DNA of 64,000 bases from Sulfurimonadaceae bacterium (GTDB lineage: Bacteria; Campylobacterota; Campylobacteria; Campylobacterales; Sulfurimonadaceae): positions 1 through 64,000 of the forward strand of contig JBFFUI010000004.1 of the NCBI GenBank assembly GCA_041571435.1. Reading direction: 5' to 3'. Below, one piece after another: positions 48,563 through 59,569 of the stretch. Each line of letters starts with the position of its first letter. Position 1 is the first letter of the stretch. A program made the position numbers and the translations under genes. The notes under the pieces are model-generated. The model saw only the letters and a program-made list of their open reading frames with translations. It did no database searches and was not told the DNA's origin.

Positions 48563-50101
48563 TTAATAGTTGACAGCGACTTTGTAGGTCGGGTCGTTCT
48601 CTTCAAAGGTACAGTGCGGTCCCGCATTTTTCATCAGGATCTTACAATCTTTTGAGAGGTGGCGAAGCGTGAGGTTCTTACCGGTCTCTTCGTATTTTTT
48701 CGTCAGCGTGTCGACCGCTTCGATGCCCGAAGCGTCCATAACGCGTGCATTATGAAAGTCAATGACGACGCGCGGCGGGTCCTGGTCGATAGTGAAGGTG
48801 TCCATGAAACTGGTCACCGAACCGAAGAAGAGGGGACCGTCTAGTTCGTAGACTTTGGTACCGTCAGCCTCGACGGTTGTTTTGGAGAAGATACGGGCAT
48901 GTTTCCAGGCGAAGACCAGAGCCGAGATGATGACACCCGAGATCACGGCAACGGCAAGGTCGGAGAAGATGGTAATGACGGTGACGACGACCATGACCAA
49001 TGCATCGCTCTTTGGCATGTGCTTTATGTGGCTGGCACTGCTCCACTCAAATGTCCCGATGCTCACCATGAACATGATCCCGACCAGAACGGCGACGGGG
49101 ATGATGTTCAATAGGTCGGTCAGTGTGGCGACCAACAGCATCAGTCCGACGGCAGCCGTGATGCCCGAAAGACGGCCGAGCCCGCCGGAGGTGTAGTTGA
49201 TGATGGACTGGCCGATCATGGCACATCCTGGCATACCGCCGAAAAGACCGCAGGTCATGTTACCGCTGCCCAGGGCGATACACTCTTTGTTACCCGAACC
49301 GCGTGTACCGCTCATCTCGTCAAGGACAGAGAGCGTCAGCAGTGACTCGATCAGTCCGACCAGTGCGACGATAACGGCATATGGTAATACCATGGCAATG
49401 GCGTCAAGGCTCAAGATCGTTTCCGGGATATGGAACGACGGCAGCTGTCCTTTAAACGCACTGAGGTCTGTCAGGTGTCCGACGGTGATGGTGTTGATGC
49501 TGCCGTAGTAGACAAGCAGTGTCAGGGTGATAATAGCGATCAGTCCTGCCGGGATCGCCTTGGTGTATTTAGGAAGGAAGTACATGATGAGCATCGTTGA
49601 GATGACCAGCAGATACATCTCGGTTCCCTGACCTTCGAAAAACTTGAACTGTGCCATGGCGATCACGATGGCAAGACCGTTGACAAAACCGTACATCGCC
49701 GGTTGCGGGACAAGGCGGATAAATTTACCCATTTTGAAAACACCTGCCATCACCTGTATGAGACCGGCCAGAACAGCCGTAAGGGTGATGTACTGGAGCA
49801 CGCCGAAGGCGAGGTCCTCGCCGCTGAGCCCCTGAGAAGAGAGCATCGTACTGGCCTGTAGGCTCAGAGCGACAAGGACGACCGCTACAGAGCCGGTCGC
49901 ACCCGAGATCATCCCCGGCTTTCCGCCGATCAGTGCCGTAATAAGTCCCAGGATAAAGGCGGTGTAGAGACCGACGATCGGACTGACGTCGGCGATGAAT
50001 GAGAAGGCGATCGCTTCGGGAACGAGAGCAACGGCGACGACAAGTCCGGATAGGACGTCGTTTTTGATGTTTTTGGAAGAGTAGTTGGAGATGTTGAACA
50101 A
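48563..50101 (-). CDS. SulP family inorganic anion transporter with STAS domain
   Basis: ALVPEAIAF, PGMISGATG, GLIESLLT, GCAMIGQS and GPLFFGS. Confidence 0.93.
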   Translation of the reverse strand: MFNISNYSSKNIKNDVLSGLVVAVALVPEAIAFSFIADVSPIVGLYTAFILGLITALIGGKPGMISGATGSVAVVLVALSLQASTMLSSQGLSGEDLAFGVLQYITLTAVLAGLIQVMAGVFKMGKFIRLVPQPAMYGFVNGLAIVIAMAQFKFFEGQGTEMYLLVISTMLIMYFLPKYTKAIPAGLIAIITLTLLVYYGSINTITVGHLTDLSAFKGQLPSFHIPETILSLDAIAMVLPYAVIVALVGLIESLLTLSVLDEMSGTRGSGNKECIALGSGNMTCGLFGGMPGCAMIGQSIINYTSGGLGRLSGITAAVGLMLLVATLTDLLNIIPVAVLVGIMFMVSIGTFEWSSASHIKHMPKSDALVMVVVTVITIFSDLAVAVISGVIISALVFAWKHARIFSKTTVEADGTKVYELDGPLFFGSVTSFMDTFTIDQDPPRVVIDFHNARVMDASGIEAVDTLTKKYEETGKNLTLRHLSKDCKILMKNAGPHCTFEENDPTYKVAVNY

Positions 50102-50104
50102 ATA

Positions 50105-52750
50105 TTATCCTTGTAGTGCGCCAAGCTGATCTTTGATCTTGGCCTGTTTGTCTGTCGCGTCCGCTAGAGCGGCTTTGTTCTGCTCGATCACTTCGGCAGG
50201 GGCGTTGGCAACAAAGCGTTCGTTGTTCAGCATACCGTTGAGTTTACCGATCTCTTTGTCAAGCTTTTCGCTCTGCTTGGTCAGTTTGGTAATGATCGGT
50301 GTCAGGTCGATGCTCGCCGTCGGTATAAAGGTCTCACAGTGATCCGAAATATCGCTGACGGCATTTACGATCTTCTCGGAGGTAAAGGCGATCTCATCAA
50401 CCTTCGCCAATTTGGCGATAAACGGAGTCATCATCTCGATGGTCTCATCATCGATACCGTCGATTTTGACAAAGGCTTTTTCGATCTTCTGGTTGGCCAT
50501 GTCGACAAGGACTTTCGCCCGTCGGATAGAGACGATGGCATCCATGATGATGTTGAAGGTCTCTTCCTCTTTGTCACGTTTTCTAGTCTTGGTCGGATAC
50601 GGCATAACCATGATCGATTCAGAGGTCTCAAGCGACGTGCCTGAGAGTTCATGGTAGAGGTACTCTGTAACAAACGGCATGAATGGGTGCAGCAGCTTCA
50701 TCGACTCTTTAAAGATGGCACCGAGTTCGATAACACTTGCTTTATCCGCTTTGCTGAGCTCGATTCCCCAGTCACAGAACTCATTCCAGATAAAGCGGTA
50801 GATGGTCGTCGCAGCATCATTGAAGCGGTAAGCATCAAGTGCCTCACGCGCCTCTTTGGTCGCCTGGTTAAGACGGGAGACCATGTATTTTCCAAGCGGT
50901 GTGTCCATACAGAAACCGTCAAGGTCAGGAAAGGTGTCGACATTCATCTGCAGGAACTTTGCCGCGTTATAAAGCTTGTTGGTAAAGTTACGGTTGAGCT
51001 CCAGTTTTTTGGGACTCATACGGATGTCACGACCCTGTGCGGCAGAGACGGCAAGAGTAAAGCGCAGGATGTCCGCACTGAATTCATTGACCATGTCCAA
51101 CGGATCGATGACGTTGCCTTTCGATTTGGACATCTTCTGGCCGTGTTCGTCACGCACAAGAGCATGAAGGTAGATGTCGTTGAACGGCAGCTCTTTTTTG
51201 AAGTGCTCACCCATCATCATCATACGGGCAACCCAGAAGAAGAGGATGTCAAAACCGGTGATCAGCAGTGAGTTCGGGTAGAAGTCCTTGATGTCCTGCG
51301 ATTCGAACGTATTGTCCATCTCGGTATCACCGTTGCCCCAGCCAAGTGTCGAGAACGGCCAAAGTGCTGACGAGAACCAGGTGTCTAGGACATCTGGGTC
51401 CTGTGTGATGTTTTTGCTGGCACATTTAGGACAGGCCTCCGGTGCATCCTCTTGCGAAGCGAACTCATGGTCACAGTCATCACAGTAGAAGACCGGGATG
51501 CGGTGCCCCCACCAGAGCTGACGCGAGATACACCAGTCGCGAAGATCACCCATCCAGGCGTTGTAGGAGTTGATCCAGTGAGGCGGATGGAAGGTTGTCT
51601 CACCGTTGTTGGTCTTTTCGATGGACTGTTTGGCCACCTCGGAGCGGACAAACCACTGCTTGGAGATGTACGGTTCGACGATGTTCTTACATCGGTAACA
51701 GTGACCGACCTGGTGAACGTGGTCTTCGACCTTCTCCATAAAGCCCTCTTCTTTAAGACGCTGAACGATGAGTGCACGCGCTTCCATGCGCTCCATGCCT
51801 TTAAACTCGCCGGCGTAATCGTTCAAAATACCTTTTTCGTCAAAGACGGTGATGAACTCAAGATCGTGGCGTTTACCGACCTCATAGTCATTTTGGTCGT
51901 GAGCCGGAGTGACTTTAACGATACCTGTACCGAACTCCATATCGACATGCTCATCGGCAATAACGGCGATCTCGCGATCAAGCAGTGGCAGTTTGACCTT
52001 TTTACCGACCAGTTCTTTGTAGCGTTCATCGTCAGGATGAACCATGACAGCCGTGTCACCGAAGTAGGTCTCCGGACGTGTTGTTGCGACTGTGATATGA
52101 CTTGAACCGTCCGCCATCGGGTAGCGCATGTGGTAAAAGTGGCCGTTGTGCTCTTCGTGTTCGACTTCGATGTCGGAGAGCGCACCGTCATGGGTACACC
52201 AGTTGACCATATAGTTGCCGCGAACGATCAGACCTTCATTGTAGAGGTGGACAAATGACTCTTTGACCGAGTTCTTCAGTCCGGCATCCATCGTGAAGCG
52301 TTCACGGCTCCAGGCAGGTGAAACACCCATCTTGCGAAGCTGGCCGACCATGATTCCGCCGGACTCCTCTTTCCATGCCCAGACGCGCTCAAGGAATTTT
52401 TCACGTCCGAGCTCCTCTTTGGTTGTCCCTTCTGCCAGAAGCTGTTTCTCAACAACGTTCTGCGTCGCGATACCGGCGTGGTCTGTACCCGGCTGCCAAA
52501 GTGTCTTGTAGCCGTCCATGCGTTTGTAACGGGTGATAATGTCCTGTAGGGTGAAGGTGAGAGCGTGACCAATGTGGAGGCGCCCGGTGACATTTGGCGG
52601 CGGCATCATGATAGAGAAGTTCTTATCATCTTTCTGGATCGCTTTGTTGCCGTCCACCTCAAAATAACCGCGTTCTTCCCAGATCTTGTAATAGTTCTCT
52701 TCGATTACATTGGGATCGTAAGTTGCCGCTTTTTTTGTCTCTTCTGCCAT
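50105..52750 (-). CDS. valS: Valine-tRNA ligase
   Basis: PPPNVTG.LHIGH, DWCISRQLWWGH, KMSKS and C-terminal coiled coil. Confidence 0.98.
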   Translation of the reverse strand: MAEETKKAATYDPNVIEENYYKIWEERGYFEVDGNKAIQKDDKNFSIMMPPPNVTGRLHIGHALTFTLQDIITRYKRMDGYKTLWQPGTDHAGIATQNVVEKQLLAEGTTKEELGREKFLERVWAWKEESGGIMVGQLRKMGVSPAWSRERFTMDAGLKNSVKESFVHLYNEGLIVRGNYMVNWCTHDGALSDIEVEHEEHNGHFYHMRYPMADGSSHITVATTRPETYFGDTAVMVHPDDERYKELVGKKVKLPLLDREIAVIADEHVDMEFGTGIVKVTPAHDQNDYEVGKRHDLEFITVFDEKGILNDYAGEFKGMERMEARALIVQRLKEEGFMEKVEDHVHQVGHCYRCKNIVEPYISKQWFVRSEVAKQSIEKTNNGETTFHPPHWINSYNAWMGDLRDWCISRQLWWGHRIPVFYCDDCDHEFASQEDAPEACPKCASKNITQDPDVLDTWFSSALWPFSTLGWGNGDTEMDNTFESQDIKDFYPNSLLITGFDILFFWVARMMMMGEHFKKELPFNDIYLHALVRDEHGQKMSKSKGNVIDPLDMVNEFSADILRFTLAVSAAQGRDIRMSPKKLELNRNFTNKLYNAAKFLQMNVDTFPDLDGFCMDTPLGKYMVSRLNQATKEAREALDAYRFNDAATTIYRFIWNEFCDWGIELSKADKASVIELGAIFKESMKLLHPFMPFVTEYLYHELSGTSLETSESIMVMPYPTKTRKRDKEEETFNIIMDAIVSIRRAKVLVDMANQKIEKAFVKIDGIDDETIEMMTPFIAKLAKVDEIAFTSEKIVNAVSDISDHCETFIPTASIDLTPIITKLTKQSEKLDKEIGKLNGMLNNERFVANAPAEVIEQNKAALADATDKQAKIKDQLGALQG

Positions 52751-52910
52751 AGGAGTGTACCTTTATAGAAAATGCTGTTTTGGTTCAAAAAAATTTAGGC
52801 GGATTATAGCCAACAAGAGGTAAGATTCGACTAAATGATTGTCGATCCAAACCTGCCTGTTCACTCTTGTCACTTGACGATATTGATACACCACACATTA
52901 AGGAATTTTT

Positions 52911-55028
52911 TTGCCTCTATCCCGTTTAAATGATGACCAATACAAAGCGGCAACTGCACCTTATGGCGAAAACCTTATTATCGCTTCGGCGGGAACGGGG
53001 AAAACATCAACTATCGTCGGTAGAATAGGACATCTGTTGAACAACGGTGTTAAACCCGAAGAGATACTGCTGCTGACCTTTACCAATAAGGCCGCGGCCG
53101 AGATGGTGGCGCGTGTTGCACAGTACTTCGGTGTGCAGACCGCCGGTAAGATCGATGCCGGCACCTTTCATGCCATCAGTTACCGCTGGCTGAAGCGTTT
53201 CAACGGCAAGGTGGTGCTCAAGCAGCAGCGGGAGCTGAAGACGCTCTTTCGCAGTGTCTTTGAAAAACGTTCATTTTCGCATCTCAGCAGCGAAAATGAG
53301 CCCTACGGTGCGAACTATCTTTACGATCTCTACTCTTTTTATCAAAACACCGAGATGTCTGAGGATTTTGAGACCTGGATCACAAAAAAACAGCCGGAAC
53401 ACCGTATCTATGCCATGATCTATGCGGATGTTGTGGATGAGTTTGAAGAGTTGAAACTGCAGTACGGCTTTTTGAACTTCAATGATCTGTTGATCCAGAT
53501 GCGCAATATCTGTGAAAAAAAAGAGCTGGGGTACAAAGAGGTGTTGATCGATGAGTATCAAGACACCAATGCCCTTCAAGGCTCTTTGGTTGAAGCGATG
53601 AAGCCGCCCTCGCTTTTTTGTGTGGGCGATTATGACCAGAGTATCTATGCGTTTAACGGGGCAGATATCGGGATCATCGGTTCGTTTACCAAAAAGTTTG
53701 AAAAAGCGGAGGTGTATACGCTTCGCAAAAACTACCGTTCAACGGTGCCGATCCTTTCGCTTGCCAACAGGGTGATATCGCATAATGAGCGCATCTATCC
53801 AAAAGAGTTAGAAGTGACGCGTCAGGAAGAGGCACAGAAGCCAAAACTGCTGATGTATGATGAACTTTTCGACCAGTACCACGCTATTACCGAGATGATC
53901 AAAGCCTCCTCGACGGACAGAGAAGATATCGCCGTAATCTTTCGCAACAACTCGACAGCAGACGGTATAGAGGCAGCCATGCGAGAACAGGGAGTTGCCT
54001 GCAGAAGACGCGGCGGCACCAGTTTCTTTGATGCCAAAGAGATCAAGGCCATACTTGATATCTATACCTTGATGGTCAATGAAAACGACATGATGGCGTT
54101 TATCCACCTGTTTGAATTTGCAAAAGGGATAGGAAGTGCGATCGCCAAAGAGCTCTTTATCGCACTGCAGTACGTCGGTTCAGGGTCACTTCTTTACGGT
54201 ATCTTTACTCCGGACACAAGCATCAGCAATCCGTTTGAAAAACGAAAGCTAAACCAGCAGTTGGGTCTGTTTGATGATTTTCTGGAGCTGGGCTCTGCAG
54301 GCCGATTCGGTTCGCTGGGGTTTGACGCGAAATTTTTAAAAAACCCCGTGCTTAAACATCCAAAACTGACCAAAGACGGCGCAAAGTTCCTATATAACTT
54401 CACGCAGCTGCTTCGTTCTATTCATGGACTGAAACAGCCGAAGACGATCGTCAGCAAGATCAGAACATCGGATTTTTATCACGGTATTGTCGATATACTC
54501 AGCTCCAAGCGGGCTGTTCAGGCAGATGGAACCGTCGATGAACGGCTAAAAAAAGAGTCCACAGAGCGCATCCATAATAAATCGCAGATACTCGTGGAGT
54601 TGACGCGGCCGTACAATGACCATGAACGTTTCTTGAATGCGATGATACTCGGCTCACAAGATCTGACGCAGGGTGAGGGTGTTCATCTTTTGAGTATCCA
54701 TGCCTCTAAAGGTCTGGAGTACAAAGAGGTTTATGTAATTGACTTGATGGACGGACGGTTTCCGAACCGCAAATTGATGACACGCGGTGGAAGCCTCGAT
54801 GAAGAGAGACGTCTCTTTTATGTTGCCGTAACACGAGCAAAAGATATTTTATACTTGAGCTTTGCCAAGTATGACAAGATCAAGAAAAGTGATTTCGTTG
54901 CGTCGCAGTTTCTGTATGAAGCGGGAATGATGCAAGAAGATGAAGCGTATAAAAAAATGCTCGAACGTGAAGAAAAGCGCAAAGAAAAAGAAGAAGCGCT
55001 AAAAGCAGAACAAGCACTTTTAGACTAA
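52911..55028 (+). CDS. UvrD/Rep family ATP-dependent helicase
   Basis: ASAGTGKT, TFTNKAA, DEYQD, VGDYDQSIY, NYRS, HASKGLE and EERRLFYVAVTRA. Confidence 0.95.
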   Translation: MPLSRLNDDQYKAATAPYGENLIIASAGTGKTSTIVGRIGHLLNNGVKPEEILLLTFTNKAAAEMVARVAQYFGVQTAGKIDAGTFHAISYRWLKRFNGKVVLKQQRELKTLFRSVFEKRSFSHLSSENEPYGANYLYDLYSFYQNTEMSEDFETWITKKQPEHRIYAMIYADVVDEFEELKLQYGFLNFNDLLIQMRNICEKKELGYKEVLIDEYQDTNALQGSLVEAMKPPSLFCVGDYDQSIYAFNGADIGIIGSFTKKFEKAEVYTLRKNYRSTVPILSLANRVISHNERIYPKELEVTRQEEAQKPKLLMYDELFDQYHAITEMIKASSTDREDIAVIFRNNSTADGIEAAMREQGVACRRRGGTSFFDAKEIKAILDIYTLMVNENDMMAFIHLFEFAKGIGSAIAKELFIALQYVGSGSLLYGIFTPDTSISNPFEKRKLNQQLGLFDDFLELGSAGRFGSLGFDAKFLKNPVLKHPKLTKDGAKFLYNFTQLLRSIHGLKQPKTIVSKIRTSDFYHGIVDILSSKRAVQADGTVDERLKKESTERIHNKSQILVELTRPYNDHERFLNAMILGSQDLTQGEGVHLLSIHASKGLEYKEVYVIDLMDGRFPNRKLMTRGGSLDEERRLFYVAVTRAKDILYLSFAKYDKIKKSDFVASQFLYEAGMMQEDEAYKKMLEREEKRKEKEEALKAEQALLD

Positions 55029-55060
55029 AGACACTATCCGACAAAGTGCGCAAGAGTTGA

Positions 55061-55090
55061 AAATAAAAAGGAGAAGAACTCCTTTTATTT
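55061..55090. terminator. Bidirectional terminator between the convergent helicase and ctsF-like gene
   Basis: AAATAAAAAGGAG...CTCCTTTTATTT inverted repeat with A/T tails on both sides. Confidence 0.65.
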
Positions 55091-56329
55091 GCCGAGAGCA
55101 GCCTCTCCAAGACTCCACATAGGCAAGAAGATACCAAGTGCAAGCAGTAGAACCATCGCACCGATTACAAAGAGCATGATCGGCTCGATTGCTTCCTGCA
55201 AACCATCAATGATGGCATCAAAACGCATTTTATAGTACTCCGTAACTTTTTGAAGCATATCATCGAGTGCACCCGATGACTCACCGGCTTTGATCATCTG
55301 AATGATCATATTTTCAAAAAGTCCCGTCTCTTCGAGACCCTCGTTCAGGGTGCTTCCTTTTTCTACCGCTTGGCGTATGGTGGAGAGCTTTGCTTTCAAC
55401 GGCAGGTTCTCTGTCATAGCGATCGCGGTGTCAAGCGCCTCGGCAATAGGAATACCGGAACGGACCAGTTCAGAAAAGACCAGGGTGAAACGGCTTAGCG
55501 TTGAAAAAAGAATAATCCCTTTGATAAGATAGGTACGCAATAGAAGTTGATGGACCCTATATTTGAAATCTTCATTATTTTCAATCATATACTTGAGCAC
55601 AACATATATGATTGCAATGCCAGCCAAAATATAGAGACCATAGTTGAGTAGTGATTTTGACAAAAATTGCAAAATGACGGTTGGCAGCGGTAGACCAGCT
55701 TTGAACTTTGAAAAGATCATCTCAAATTTAGGAACAACAAACGTCAGCAAGATACTGAAGGCAACAGCCATTGCGATCATAACATTACGTGGGTATGCCA
55801 TCGCTTTTTTGAATTTAATAACATTTGCACGAATCTCTTCCAGCATAGTAGCCAGATTGTAGAGCGCTTCAGCCATGTTACCGGTTTTTTCACCCAGATC
55901 AATCATTGCCAGGGTCAGACCGCCAAGTTGAGAACGGTAGTTATCCATCGCATTGTAAAGGCTTGAACCGGCATTGATGTCTTCACCACACTTGGCCAGG
56001 ATCTCTTTTAACGTTGGGTCTTCCGTTGCGTCGGCAAGTTCAGAAAGCGAGTCGTGAATAGAGATACCTGCGTTGGTCATGACCGCCAATTGGCGGACCG
56101 CAGCAATATGTGCATCTGGTTTAATCTTTTTCTTTTTAGCATTTTTAAAGAGGTTTGCTTTGAATCGTTCAAACTGCTCTTCCAAAGGTGGGGAAGTCTC
56201 TTCCAGTTTGACCATAATACCGGGAAATTTGACCTTAGCCATATAGTGCGCTTCTTTTTTACTCTCAGCATAGAGTCTGTGCTCCGTTTTTTTACCGCGA
56301 GCAAGTACGGTAGCTGTAAAATGTTTCAT
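55085..56329 (-). CDS. Type II secretion/type IV pilus platform protein (GspF/PilC; CtsF-like)
   Basis: RQLAVM.NAG, GE.TG, AMAYP, GE.SG.LD.ML and IEP motifs. Confidence 0.93.
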   Translation of the reverse strand: MKHFTATVLARGKKTEHRLYAESKKEAHYMAKVKFPGIMVKLEETSPPLEEQFERFKANLFKNAKKKKIKPDAHIAAVRQLAVMTNAGISIHDSLSELADATEDPTLKEILAKCGEDINAGSSLYNAMDNYRSQLGGLTLAMIDLGEKTGNMAEALYNLATMLEEIRANVIKFKKAMAYPRNVMIAMAVAFSILLTFVVPKFEMIFSKFKAGLPLPTVILQFLSKSLLNYGLYILAGIAIIYVVLKYMIENNEDFKYRVHQLLLRTYLIKGIILFSTLSRFTLVFSELVRSGIPIAEALDTAIAMTENLPLKAKLSTIRQAVEKGSTLNEGLEETGLFENMIIQMIKAGESSGALDDMLQKVTEYYKMRFDAIIDGLQEAIEPIMLFVIGAMVLLLALGIFLPMWSLGEAALGK

Positions 56330-58068
56330 GATTTGACCACCCTTAAAATTTCTTCAATAGTTGAGATACCACTCACTACTTTTTTCATGCCGTTTGCAAA
56401 CATTGGCTCAAAGCCTTCTTTCAATGCTTGTTCAATCATATCATCTTTTGATGCACTTTGTGCAATCATACTTGAGAGTTGCTCCGATATAGGTAGCACT
56501 TCGGAGATCATCTCCCGTCCCATATATCCGACACCATTGCATTCCCGACACCCGGCACCCTTGTAAAATACGGTGTCATCAGGGAGATACTGCTTGTAGC
56601 GTTCAGTGACAGCTTCCGGTAACTTCTCTTCGACCTTACAATGCGGACAGATCTTACGGATAAGACGTTGGGCCTGAATCGCAACCAAAGAACCGCTGAT
56701 AAGATAGGGTTCAATTCCCATGTCGACCATCCTTGGGATTGCACTGATAGCATCATTTGTGTGCAGCGTCGAGATAACCAGGTGACCTGTCAACGCTGCT
56801 TTGATAGCAATTTCGAGTGTCTCTTGGTCACGGATCTCCCCGATCATGATCTTATCCGGATCCTGACGAAGGATAGAACGGAGTGCATCGGCAAAACTGA
56901 GCCCGACACTCGCGCGTACTTGAACCTGTTGGATTAGGTTCATCCTGTACTCGACCGGATCCTCTACCGTAATAACTTTCTCTTCAACACTACGCAGTTC
57001 ATTAAGTGCACCATAAAGAGTCGTTGTTTTACCACTACCCGTCGGACCGGTTACGAGAATAATACCATACGGTGTTTTAAGTGCAGAGTGAAGTTTTTTG
57101 TATCCAGCCTCATCCATACCGGCATCTTCCAGACGGATCAGCGCTTTCTCTTTATCAAGAACACGCAGTACGATGGATTCACCATACATAATCGGAAGAG
57201 TCGAAAAACGGAAATCGTACTCTCTGCCGCCGACATCCGTTGAAAAACGGCCATCTTGTGGTTTTCTTCGTTCTGCGATATCGAGGTTTGCCAGGATCTT
57301 CAGACGAGAAGCAAGAGGTGGATAGATGTCTTTGTCAAAGATAAAGACCTCTGAGAGCTTACCATCGACTCGCCCACGTACGGTACAGTTGTTTTCGGTT
57401 GGCTCAATGTGAATATCACTCGAGCGGTTCTTGATACAAGCTTTCAAAATAACATCAATAAGCTGTAGAATAGAGGACGCCTGGGCCTGATCTTTATTCT
57501 GGTCAGTCCCTATGGAATTCAGTTCATTACGAATACTTACTACAAGCTCTTTGACACTGTCTTTGAGCTCAACTTTAAAGAGGTAAGCCTGGATCTGTTT
57601 TTCTGTAGCTGTTGCAATGTCCAGTGGTTTACGTGGAAAGAGACGTTGAAGGGCCTCTTGTGCTTCGATATTCAGCGGATCGGCAAAGGCAACCGTTACG
57701 GATAGGTCATTTTCCTTGATTGGAATGGCCTGGAAACGTTTGAGTTGTGAAAGAGGGGTCCTATCAGTGAGCCTATAATCCATGTCGATCGAGTCAAGAT
57801 CCAGGTATTGTATCTCCATCACCTCTGCAAGATGCTGCACGACGGCCTGTTCATTCAAAAAGTGATACTGCTTTATAATAGCCAGCTCGTAATGACCGGA
57901 ACGAATCTGTTCAACAACAAACCGTTTGACAAAGTTGACAGATACCGCACCGACTTTAGTCAATGTCTCAAGGAGTGTGTCGTCTTTGACACCCACTCGG
58001 GTCAGACGCTCTATCTGCTCATTAGAAATATGGCCTTGTGCCAATAAATCATGGGTTACTCTATCCAT
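56326..58068 (-). CDS. GspE/PilB family assembly ATPase (CtsE-like)
   Basis: SDIHIEP, PQDGRF, GPTGSGKTTT, EDPVE, LRQDPD, TGHLV.STLH and CxxC pairs. Confidence 0.95.
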   Translation of the reverse strand: MDRVTHDLLAQGHISNEQIERLTRVGVKDDTLLETLTKVGAVSVNFVKRFVVEQIRSGHYELAIIKQYHFLNEQAVVQHLAEVMEIQYLDLDSIDMDYRLTDRTPLSQLKRFQAIPIKENDLSVTVAFADPLNIEAQEALQRLFPRKPLDIATATEKQIQAYLFKVELKDSVKELVVSIRNELNSIGTDQNKDQAQASSILQLIDVILKACIKNRSSDIHIEPTENNCTVRGRVDGKLSEVFIFDKDIYPPLASRLKILANLDIAERRKPQDGRFSTDVGGREYDFRFSTLPIMYGESIVLRVLDKEKALIRLEDAGMDEAGYKKLHSALKTPYGIILVTGPTGSGKTTTLYGALNELRSVEEKVITVEDPVEYRMNLIQQVQVRASVGLSFADALRSILRQDPDKIMIGEIRDQETLEIAIKAALTGHLVISTLHTNDAISAIPRMVDMGIEPYLISGSLVAIQAQRLIRKICPHCKVEEKLPEAVTERYKQYLPDDTVFYKGAGCRECNGVGYMGREMISEVLPISEQLSSMIAQSASKDDMIEQALKEGFEPMFANGMKKVVSGISTIEEILRVVKS

Positions 58069-58076
58069 TTTTTTTC

Positions 58077-58625
58077 CTACCAGTATATGTGACGTATAGT
58101 CATTATTTTATCATTATATTCTTCGATTACCATTTTAGGCGAAGAACCGCTTTTAGTTATAAAAAGACGATAGCTTTTATTGACATCATTAGGATCAGTG
58201 TAATTGTAACGGCGTTTATCTTTAGAATCGGTATCGTTGGAGTATAAATCAAAAACTGTTGAAAGTACATACTCTGTCGTTGGTAACTTGATAGGTTTGA
58301 GGTCGTACTGGTCCGAAAGAGCATGTATAAGAAGCTTCTTTTGCATCAGTATAACAGCGAAATAAGCTGCGTTTGCCCGTGCTTCAGGCGTTTTCTTTAA
58401 CAATGTTATGGCAGTTGACAGTTTGTCAAGTTGATCAGAATTTAGACAAGAAAAAGCATAGAGTGAGACAAACTCTTCATCGTCTTTATATTGTTGCAAC
58501 AGCTTCTCACCCGATTCACAAGCCTGTGCATACTCGCCGTTTTGATAGAGTTTGTAGGTATCCATTTTGGCATCGGCATGCATAAACAGTGGTGTAAATA
58601 TCAGCAGTATTAGAAATTTCTTCAT
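58077..58625 (-). CDS. Hypothetical exported protein in the pilus/secretion operon
   Basis: Signal peptide; Y..AC..G and Y..SCL..D motifs; overlaps the neighbouring gene. Confidence 0.75.
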   Translation of the reverse strand: MKKFLILLIFTPLFMHADAKMDTYKLYQNGEYAQACESGEKLLQQYKDDEEFVSLYAFSCLNSDQLDKLSTAITLLKKTPEARANAAYFAVILMQKKLLIHALSDQYDLKPIKLPTTEYVLSTVFDLYSNDTDSKDKRRYNYTDPNDVNKSYRLFITKSGSSPKMVIEEYNDKIMTIRHIYW

Positions 58626-59569
58626 TTGAGAGTTCCTTTTTGAATTTGAACGAGTAGGATCTTCGCCTTGACTGAACCGGACGTCTTAATATAGCTTTGC
58701 AGTTTGCTGACAGCAGTGTCCTTTTCACCAAGTTTTACTAATGATTGGGCATAAAGAAGAACACCATCCTCTATATTGGGATTAATGTCGTAGGTTGCTT
58801 TGGCATAGTACAGCGATTCCTTGTAATTACCCTTTTCATAATATTCTTTTGCGACAAAAAGACTTAAAGCCGGTTTTCGCGTTTGGTTAAAGCGTTTGAC
58901 AACACCGCGCAATTCATCTTCGGAAGTTTCGGACTGACCCACCTGGATTAACGTGTCCTGCGGCTCCTGATCTACGATAGCTTTGTTCGGACTGATGACA
59001 ACAGTCTTTACAGGTGGTGCTGTAACCACTTTTTTTACTGCAGGTTTAACTACTTTTTTCTCGGGAGGCTTTTTAGGTGTTGGTTTGACTGTTTTTTTAG
59101 GTTTAGCAACAGCTTTTTTCTTTTTTTTCGGCTTTGCCGCTGGGGCAGCAGTTTTTTTCGGTTTAGCTGGCGGTGTAATCTGTTCTTCTGTTGCAGGTTC
59201 TTCTGCTTCAGCTGCTGCAAGTATTTGTGCATTATTGTAATTGATGGCTTGGTCTTCAAGGTTGTACATGAAGTCAAATGATGCAACCAATACATTCTGT
59301 TCGTCATCTTTTTCTGGCTGTGCGGTCTGCACAGGTTCAACACTCTTGTTGAGATCAACGCTCGTGTTGACATCAACTATAACAGGGACGTTAACATTCT
59401 TTGGTTCTTCTTTAAACAAAGCTAAAACTGCTTCAGGGTTTGTTACATACAGGTATGAAGATAGGCCAATAATTGCCGTTATAATAGAGGATGAGACATA
59501 AAGAGGAAGCATCTTTTTGAAGTGGTATTTTGACCACCTTTTTTCCAGATCAAGAACATCAAGCATCAA
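58622..59569 (-). CDS. Membrane-anchored protein with Lys/Pro-rich linker and C-terminal TPR (CtsX/MshN-like)
   Basis: N-terminal TM, low-complexity linker, AKEYYEKGNY TPR. Confidence 0.75.
   Translation of the reverse strand: MMLDVLDLEKRWSKYHFKKMLPLYVSSSIITAIIGLSSYLYVTNPEAVLALFKEEPKNVNVPVIVDVNTSVDLNKSVEPVQTAQPEKDDEQNVLVASFDFMYNLEDQAINYNNAQILAAAEAEEPATEEQITPPAKPKKTAAPAAKPKKKKKAVAKPKKTVKPTPKKPPEKKVVKPAVKKVVTAPPVKTVVISPNKAIVDQEPQDTLIQVGQSETSEDELRGVVKRFNQTRKPALSLFVAKEYYEKGNYKESLYYAKATYDINPNIEDGVLLYAQSLVKLGEKDTAVSKLQSYIKTSGSVKAKILLVQIQKGTLK

Noticed and set aside
50651-52105. Two ORFs of over 200 aa opposite valS
   Set aside because: Antisense shadows of a conserved housekeeping gene
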